Origin: Macrostomum hystrix
Taxonomy: Eukaryota > Animalia > Platyhelminthes
Length of the DNA stretch: 64,000 nucleotides
Direction: 5' to 3'
Assembly (NCBI GenBank): GCA_950097015.1
Contig: CATNEN010000013.1
Span: 496,001 to 560,000 of the forward strand
Below, piece after piece: positions 49,401-64,000 of this stretch (positions within the stretch are counted from its first letter, which is position 1; every line of letters starts with the position of its first letter). Under the pieces are notes generated by a model. That model searched no databases. It had not been told where the DNA came from and saw only the letters and a program-made list of their open reading frames with translations. Made by a program: the position numbers and the translations under genes.

Positions 49401-50343
49401 ATTTTGTAAGTATGCCTTGTATAGAGACAAACTTAGATCTGAATAGTGAGAAATAGAATTTACGCAAACTGAATATACTCGTAGTTTACAATATATAAGG
49501 CAGCATTGGGTGCCCATATGCATGCACATGGCCAATTTCAAATCGTACTCATGTAGTTATTTGAAGTATTCCAATCATGAACGCGCGCATCTTGCTGCGC
49601 AATTTTCTTTCTTAGAAAAGCAGACTAAGGCACGCTAGGCCCAGCAGTAGGGCAGCAGTATTCTCCAGTACACCAACTGTGTTGACCAGTATGTGTGTAC
49701 TTGCGCAGTGGTTGGGGTGGCTGCAGCGTAAGAGCGCAATCGAGTAAAATCCTATATAGAGGAGGCCTCGTACATTAAGACGAGGAGAGGATAGAGTCCG
49801 CGGACTGTTATAGCTGCGGAATAGCGGAATATCATGGGCCTTAGCCTTCCGTTTGGCGCCGTCGTAGTAGGAAGCTACAGGAAGGGCACATTTAACAAAG
49901 AAGGGGGCAGAGAGAGAGAAAGTGATGCGAATGCCCTCCTACACTGTCTCCGGCTTATTTACATCCTTCTGATATCCCAAAGCACCCGGCCGACTACGGC
50001 AGAGATTTGGGGCGCGGAGGGCAGAGGCGAGGCAATCGGGTGGGAATGGGAGTGGCAGAGACTGTTGTTGCTCTTCGGGCGGAGAAATGAGACTTCTTGC
50101 TCGTCTTTTTTCCTCTTCTCCTATATAGTAGAGTCGCGCCCATTTAGGCCTATAGCTCTGGAGCCACACCCAGCTCGAGCGGACCCCTCCCTTGACTTGA
50201 TCCCAGCGAATGCATTAACTAACTAATGCGGCATCTTTTGTTTAAGATTGCGCACCCAATACGCCAGTGAATATCAAGCCTACGAGTACATAAACAGACT
50301 TGTAGCTACTATACAATACAAAGCATGAAATTCTACTATTGCG

Positions 50344-50500
50344 TGCGCATTTGAAGGCTGCGTACGGCTGTTCAGTCCATGGACTGGGGAGGACGACACA
50401 AGCAGACTCAATTAACCCAGCTGATGCCGGTACCCATTAAACAGCTGGGTGAACTGAAGCACTGCATAGTTAGGAGTCTGGAATCGAACCCCCGACCTTC
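50344..50500 (-). mobile_element. CORE-like SINE, 5'-truncated and internally deleted
   Basis: On - it reads GGGGGTTCGATTCC...CTTCAGTTCACCCAGCTG..TAATGGGTACC...CAGTCCATGGACTGAACAGCCGTACGCAGCCTTCAAATGCG. Confidence 0.85.
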
Positions 50501-53500
50501 GTTAGTCCAATGTGTTAGTCGAACCCTACACGTTCCATAGATTTATGGAATAATTATCACCTATTAGGATCGTTGTTGGAATTATTCTTGGTTAGGAAAA
50601 GAGAGATTAGTGAAACTTGCCAGACATAATTGCCGACCGACTCACACTTGCACAGGTAAAGAAGAGTGACTGGGCAATAGTAGAGGGGGTGGGTGGATCA
50701 GCAGTGTGCCCAGGGCCAAACAGTCAGCGCCGCCGCCGCCGCCGCCGCCGTTTGCATGGGGGAAGGCTGGGGCAGCGGCAGGGGATTGCAAAGGAGGCAT
50801 TTGCGCCAGGCTGTGGAACAGACATACGGCAGCTACTGGCGGGAGCTACGTGCGTGTGTGCTCACGCACTCGCACGCCCCGCCACCTCAGCCCTCTTATC
50901 CAGGCAGCGCGAGGCCAATGTTATGCTGTACACAGCCAAGCTAGCACTGGCGCAGGCCCGGTAGCTGCTGCAAGCGCATGATAGTATACGACGTACGTCA
51001 TTTGAAAAGGGCTGCACAAGGAGGAGGGGGGATAATTTTCCTAAGCCCTTTCTGCCTCCAGAGCGGGCCGCGCGTACATCACAGGAGCGGCCGCTGGGTA
51101 GGGAAGCCATTCAGAGAATGCTTACATGCACAGAGAACTGTGGGGTGCGGGGAAGAGGGGAACGGAGGCACAGAGAGGCGGGGTGGTTAAAGCCTGCTAG
51201 GAATTAGGAACTTTTACGGACAAATAGGCCGAAGGGTTTATGGCAAGAAAAGCGCCCCCGTAAAGGGAGAGTATGGGAGCTAGGAGGTGGATGAAGAAGG
51301 CTTCTGCCTTACCTAATCCACCCCAAACTGCCTCCCGTCCCCTTAGCCGGGAGAGCAGAGAAGGAGCGGAGGGGGGAGAGGGGGGAGACAAGCGACCGGA
51401 CGGCCCAGAGGAAGAGAAGGCCTGGAGCTGCAGCATTCCATTCAGGCTTTGGGAAAGGATAAGAATACGAAGGGGTGCGCAATGCGGAATTGAGTGTTGG
51501 AGAAGAGACGAGAAGGCGAAGGAGTGAACTCAAGAAGGAGGCGTGTACTCAAGCCCGGCCTGATCCCGTACACTTCCCCAATATTCCCGATCCTTCTCCT
51601 TAGAGAGAAAAATGGCAAAAGCGCGGCAAGCCGAGTCTTAGAAGGAAACGGATGAGCAGAGGGAGAGGGTGGGGGAGTCGCGAGTGAAAGGCGACGCCGG
51701 GGCGAGCAGATTAAAGCAGGAGGCCCTCGGTGAGGCTGGGGAGACGTGAGGAGGCTGGGCGAGTTTAGACAGGCTAAGAAGGGTTAGGGCGTTGGGACAA
51801 GGCCCGCCTAGCCACGCGGTGGAGGGGAAAAAGAGTAAGTTGCCTTGGGTGAGGCACGGATGGAGAATGGGCGGAGGCGGCCGGGCATCTCTCGGGCAGA
51901 AGAAGAAAAAGGGTATCGGAGCTAATGCAACACACATACACACAGACTCGCGCACGCATGCCACTCATTCTGTGAGGGTGAAGAAGATGAAGCCTGAGCA
52001 TGAGCGCCTAAAAATCATTTATCAGAGGCTGGCCTTGCAAAGCGGCATACAGCACTGGCTGGCCCGGGGGTTGGCAGGATGGAAAGTGAAAGAAGACAAG
52101 GGGCATTAGGCGGCAGCCAACCACACCCTGATTGCCCGGATTGCAGCTCAGATTGGTGCTAAATTTGGAAACAAACTCAGGTGGGCCAAAACAGACTATG
52201 GGGCGAGCCCAGTTTTCAGTGATGGAAGTCCCGCGAACCTAGTTCTTCTGACTGATAGATTGCATGAAATCAGCAAGGCGGTCAGAACTGCTCAGCCGGC
52301 AGAGAAAAGAAACATTTTTTGTCAAGCTTTTTTTATTGGATTCTTGGTAACACGGCAAATATATATCCATTTATTTAGTTGTTTTCCAAATTTAATGAGT
52401 AAAACCCGTGGGTGCGGCGTGACAAAAAAGGATTTTTGTTTAATTTAACTTCCAAAAGCGCTTGCACACAGAGTTCAGTGCATAGTAAAATTAATATAAG
52501 GGCCAAGAGATAGACGATATAGTTACTTATAGTACGACTTCAATTATATAAAGACGGATAACATAGCTATGTAAAAAACTGTTGAACATAAGAAACAGTG
52601 AACTCTGCGAATCTGTTCAGCGTTAGGCATTTGTTTGCTTGCCATGCTGATTTTAGACTAACACAAATATAAAATCGGTTCTTGTCTCCCTCTCAGTCTG
52701 TTGTGTAGGTACAGATAGTCACCTTCAACTGTTATATATACATAAAAATGTGTCCAATAATTTAAGGATCTATTGGTATGCAGAATAACACAAAGACTTT
52801 GGGAGAAGCATAGAGAAGGCATCATCTTGAATTGCTCGGAAACAAATATTCAAGATTGCTACCAGGGGAGGGGAGGGAGGGAGAGACAGAAAAAGATTAG
52901 GGCACATTGGTAGATAGAAACGAGATAGAAATCCTTGTGCGCTAAATTACTTGTCAACTGTTCGGTCGTTGGTGTAATAAAAATCTGTGACTTCTCAACC
53001 TTGAGGAAGGGGTGGGAGGAAGGCTATTGTGGTGGGGACTAATTATCTGTGTAAAAAAACAGCGAATAGAAAAAATAGATTATTGGGCTGACAGTTAGCA
53101 TACGGGAATTAGGTCGGGGTCGGAAGGCGTTGGGTGCAATTTAGCATATATAATATATTGAGTCCGAACACGGTGCAATAGTTTCCAAGTAGCAAATTAT
53201 GTAGCATTATATAATCATTAAAGTATAAACTTTCATTTCTCATGTTTTTTAGTGTCTTCTCTTAATGCTTATAACATAGAAACAACAGGCTTGCTTGTGA
53301 GAGAGAGAAGAGAGAGAGAATATAACACAATAGTATATGTATATATATATATGCATATATAAAACCTGTTTGCAATAAGACAGAGACAGACACAGAGATT
53401 GAGACAATACAAGGCTGAAAACGCAATAAAAAACTTACTAAAGAGAGAAGAGAGAGAGAGAGAGAAGAGAAAAACACAAACAAACAACAAAATAGGCTCT

Positions 53501-54158
53501 GAAAACTGTCTTCTGACTAGCGTAGGTAACAAATAGACTGAATGTTTGTGTCGGGAGCCATATATAAGGCTATAAAGCAAAATCATTGCAAGCGGCGAAG
53601 ACAGAGAGAGACGACGGGGAAAATTGCGGAGTTGAGGCGGGGGACATTGGGATTAATCTTGTAGCCAGCCGGGGACATTGAAGCTAATAAAATCAAACCC
53701 TTATAATAACTAGAATTGAAGTAATGACGAATAAGCTACTGATTATAAAATAGCATATAACAAAATATAAGCGATATTAGCTAGTAATTAAAATAGTCAA
53801 CAAAAATACGGCACACACATTGAACACGCTGAACAGGGTGTGTGACAAACTGCCGACTATGCAAACAGGCCGCAGAAAAATAGCGGCTAAGGGGAGGTTA
53901 ATGTTGCCGGGTATCAGCTAGCAAAAGGCTGCAGTCAGTGAAACATTTCAATAATTAAATCACATTAACATATTAATCACCTAACTTAGAGGAGCGACAT
54001 TATTTATCTAGCCTCAATGCAGATGCACACACTAATCTTTTGAACAATTGTTGAAGCAAAAAGAAACACATGGCTAGGCGCACATAGTAACAGTTTGAAA
54101 AGATTAATGCTAGTTACTCTTCGTTAGGAGTAATATGAATTTGCTTGTTTGCTTAAAC

Positions 54159-54538
54159 CAGGGGTCGGCAAACTCCGGCCCGCGGGCCAGATGCGGCCCT
54201 CGAAGCCCCTAAATCTGGCCCGTTGCCCCTTACACCACCTATAGTATCCTGTCTCATCTCTCTAGTGTCTTATATGCCCTGTGTCTAATTAATCTCTCCC
54301 CTGTCTCATCTCTGCCGTGTCTCTCGTCTCTCCAGTCTTATCTATTCTCATCTCTGGCTCAATCCTCCCCTGTCTCGTCTATCCGGAGTCTCATCTCTCC
54401 CATTTCTCATCTCTCCCATTTCTCATCTATCCTGTGTCTGATCTCTCCCCTTTCTCATATTCCTACAGTTAATACGGCCCGCTGTCGTCCTATAGGTTCT
54501 CTCCGTGGCCCGCTCGCTAAAAAGTTTGCCGACCCTTG
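54159..54538. mobile_element. hAT/Charlie-type MITE, short copy, opposite orientation to 25410-26262
   Basis: TIRs CAGGGGTCGGCAAAC and GTTTGCCGACCCTTG with an 8-bp TSD GCTTAAAC (54151-54158 and 54539-54546). Subterminal sequences are shared with the 25410 copy. Confidence 0.92.
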
Positions 54539-55377
54539 GCTTAAACAAACAGTCAATCAATCGTGCAAGCACTTCATTTTCCTGCTTCTAATTTCTTTTC
54601 AGTTTTAAACTGCAAGTGATCGCAATTAAAATTGTGTGTGCATAAGCAAGCTTTAATAAAAATATATGAAACTGTTTAGTATATAAACCGATTATGCAGC
54701 TTTAGCGATTGCAACAGAAAAAAAATGTGTCCAATAAATTTAGAACAGTTATTAAATTACGTTAACCAGTAAATAATCTTTTCTAATAACTTTATTGCGT
54801 AGGCGTTAAACACAATTTACAGTTGGATTAGGCTCTCGGGTAGATCGGGCTCAGAAGAAAATTGATGGGGCGTCAATTTCGTTTCAAAATTTAAATAAGA
54901 AACAGTACAACAAACACAAGGAGAGCAGACCGCAACAGACACTGGAGAGATAGGCTGCGAAATTCACACTTTGATCTATGTCGATTTATAAAGAAATTAA
55001 ATTTCACTGGTTTAAAACTGAAAGTTTAAACCACTCATGACTTCGACATTCTGGTGCAGAGTCAGTGTCCTGTTGCGTTTACATTAGCGAAGTGAATGAA
55101 TGGATACTGGAGCCATAGCGAACTGACGCCATGAGAGAGACAGACAGAATATATATGTAAATATAAGTATATACGGATAAATAGTTTATTATTTTTTAAG
55201 TCGGCAAAGATAGAGAGAGAGTGAGAGACAGTGTGAAGTAGGGGAAACGAGGGAACACAGTTTTTTCAGGTCAAAAATGTTTCAAACGCGGCCGAGTTTA
55301 GATTGGATAGGGTGGAGGGGGCTGAGTCTGTTTCTCCTTTAGACAGAGAGAAAGAGAAGAGATTAGCGATGGGCCGG

Positions 55378-61449
<6,072 letters not shown>

Positions 61450-62851
61450 GATGCTAGGTCCCATAAACAGGAGGTCAAAGTGTCTTTAAAAATGGTACCC
61501 ACTTAGAGGGTAACCTTATTTGCTAGAGTTTAGCAAAAATGAAAAGAAAACAATTCTAAAGAACGCTAACCTAATTACTGAACAAAGCGGTATGCTGAGA
61601 AATCATTTTATAAATAAAAAATCTAAAGCTGAGCATTAATAATTAGAAAAGTTCCTAAGTCCACGATCGTTTTACTCAGGACAAATGAGGCTGATATGAT
61701 GTTACACGTGTAATAGTTGCCTCGTAACTATCTCCGCCACGTCACTCTACAATCGAAGAAGAGATGAGTGTAGTTTTTTCTGTTTCTTATCCGACCTTAT
61801 CACAGCCAGCTGATTTCATGTCTCAATTTATTATATATATAATTTCCGAAGTATACCAACCGATCATGAATTTCGTATATTTATATATTTAAAACAGTTC
61901 TAAATTCTCATCTTCGTCAGAAGCACGTAGAAACATCGTTAATTACGTAAAAGCTTCCAAAAAGATACAAAACCCATCACTTCCTTTGAATTATAAAAGA
62001 AATGATTAAATCTCAAAAGCTTTTGCATCCTAAATTGTATGTCGAAACAAATACTTTCTGGTATCGTATGCATTTTTGGCTGTATTGAAGCAATATTGAT
62101 GGAGCAATCAGTTATTTGCATAAATTCAATAAATAAACATTTTAGTTCCACGTTCTTGACATTTGACCCTTGAGAGATATGTTCATGATATTTAACTTTA
62201 ATTGTAGTGTAAAATTATATATTGCAAGACAATGCTGTGTCATACTTTTTTAAGGTCTTAACTATATATTTTCCATAAACTGTATATTTTACAGGAACTT
62301 GCATGAACATCAGAGAATCTTATTAGTAAGCGGAGTCTGCACCATAAAGGATTTTTTAATCGTTTTGTACTTTGATGTACTACCTGCAGAACTAAAAAAT
62401 AAATAAGAATGATACATTTTTTCAATTACCGACTTTTATCGTCGTTATATTAAGAATATATATGTCTATTAAGCTTCTACATCCAACGTTACAGCCGTTG
62501 CGCTATGCGACCTGCTGCTGTCGGACGCCGGCATCTCGAACCATCGTGAAATAAAAATTCTGTGCAACGCTGCGCTTGCGCGCGCATTTTGACAATTTTA
62601 CCCTACTTTCGGTTTTGGCCAGGATTGTTTGGCCAGACTATCGTGATAGCTCTTTATGTTTTGTGTTAACACTGCATATACCTTTCAGCAAAAAAGTACA
62701 TGCAATTTAGGCGGCATTTTAGCATTTTATGCGGGTCATAAGAGCGACGAAGCTAGATCGTGCACAAAAAATGTTGAAATATTATTTTTATAAAAAAATT
62801 TATCATGATGTATCTTTTTACGATTAATCTATACAAAGTCAATCAGTTCAG

Positions 62852-63817
62852 TCAATTCTCCATAGAATTTTGATTCTCTTGTAGCTCCTTCTCTAGCTCG
62901 CGAAGATTCGTTGCCAGTTGAGGGTGCCCGGAGTATTGCAAAGCACGACTCAGGATTTGAACCTGATGGGAGAATTAAACTATTAATAAGCTGATTAAAG
63001 CTGGTTATTGTAAGTAAAACGTAGCATTGTACATGAGATTCCAGGTCTGAATAGGAAGGTTTTTATTTGAAATTTTTTTTAACAAGAAAGTATTCAAATT
63101 TTCTAGAGAATTCCAAGACGAGCTAGTCAGAAGATGCAGATATTGTCTACCAGAAACCAACGCATATCTTTATGCTCTACTAATAGATCCACGATTACAG
63201 CGGAATAAGACGCACACATAGTAATATAAAGAAATAGGTTAAGTTTTGGTGCAATCCTCACCTTGCTCTTCAACACTGGCAGTCGTTTCACCCAGGTGAT
63301 TAGCATTTCGTGAGCCATCTGCTGAGCCGAGTCATTGTTCCTTTTGATGACGGAGCAGCGCTTCCTGGAAACGTCCAGCTTCTCGGCCAGCAGTTCCCAG
63401 CTGTCGCACACGAGGTTGGACAGGTGCTTCAGGTACTCGGCGGTGACAGCGTCTGGTTATCAAAGATATTGTGCCATCATTTTGTTATGCTATCAAAAAA
63501 CTATCAAATGGTAAGTATAGTATTATCCCACAATACTGGGACTAAAGCAATCACCCTTGGCTCTGAATGAGAACGGAGTGGTCAGTGCGGACTTCACTCT
63601 TAGATCCTCCGCTGACTTCGGTATGCAGACTAGCAGGCGGGCCACGTTAACCTGCTCTGTCACCAGCATCGCAGGGCCGCTGACGCCGCTACCGCCATTC
63701 ACTCCGATCCGCTTGGCATCTCGTCCTGGCTTCAGCACGGCTGCGTCGGTGAACACTTCCAAGAAGCCGCGATACTGGTCTATAGCCCGTTGAGCGAAGC
63801 GATCCTTCTCGACAACC
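62852..63817 (-). CDS. 3' part of a death-domain protein (UPA-like region plus C-terminal death domain; DTHD1/PIDD-like architecture inferred); 5' end outside the window
   Basis: Exons 63817-63555, 63452-63262 and 62962-62852 join in phase. The death-domain-like segment reads YLKHLSNLVCDSWELLAEKLDVSRKRCSVIKRNNDSAQQMAHEMLITWVKR...VQILSRALQYSGHPQLATNL. Confidence 0.75.
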
Positions 63818-63871
63818 CTAAAAATAGTTTTTTGGAACAAGTGAAAATCTCTTCACGACGTCATCCTCCGC

Positions 63872-64000
63872 GCGTACGGCTTTTCAGTCCATGGACTGGG
63901 GAGACGCCACACCTACCCTCAATTGCCCCAGCTAATGTTGATACCCGTTTAACAGCTGACTAAACTGAAACAATGCAGAGTTAAGTGTCTAGCTAATGGA
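63872..64000 (-). mobile_element. CORE-like SINE copy running off the window
   Basis: On - it reads GACACTTAACTCTGCATTG..TCAG..TAGTCAGCTGTTAAACGGGTATC...CCCCAGTCCATGGACTGAAAAGCCGTACGC. Confidence 0.85.

Noticed and set aside
41188-52448. Many 60-140 aa ORFs in the GC-rich blocks as protein genes
   Set aside because: They overlap on both strands, have low complexity, show no recognisable domains, and could not be joined into a phase-consistent exon chain.

Overview
Eukaryotic (metazoan) nuclear DNA with spliceosomal introns. GC-rich, poly-Q/poly-A-prone exons and minisatellite-filled introns suggest a Macrostomum-like flatworm, but that is inference only. I rebuilt eight protein-coding genes by hand from splice signals and reading phase. 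The four + strand genes (403-23630) are an orphan single-pass membrane protein, a secreted Lys/Pro-repeat protein, a tail-anchored RVxF protein and a long DC-STAMP-domain (DCST1/2, sneaky, SPE-42-like) gene. The four - strand genes (26762 to the window end) are MTHFR, an unidentified Q/H-rich RGG protein with two alternative first coding exons, G-alpha-q and the 3' part of a death-domain gene. Repeats include five copies of a tRNA-derived CORE-like SINE, two copies of an (ATT)n-tailed retroposon end, two hAT/Charlie-type MITEs with 8-bp TSDs and more than 10 tandem arrays, the largest a 5.6-kb 18-bp CCAAT satellite in a GC-AG intron. No CRISPR, rRNA or genuine tRNA gene was seen. The most unusual signals are minisatellites built from functional motifs (a Pol III A-box array, decoy splice-site arrays) and SINE copies sitting just upstream of 3' splice sites. 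No database searches were run.
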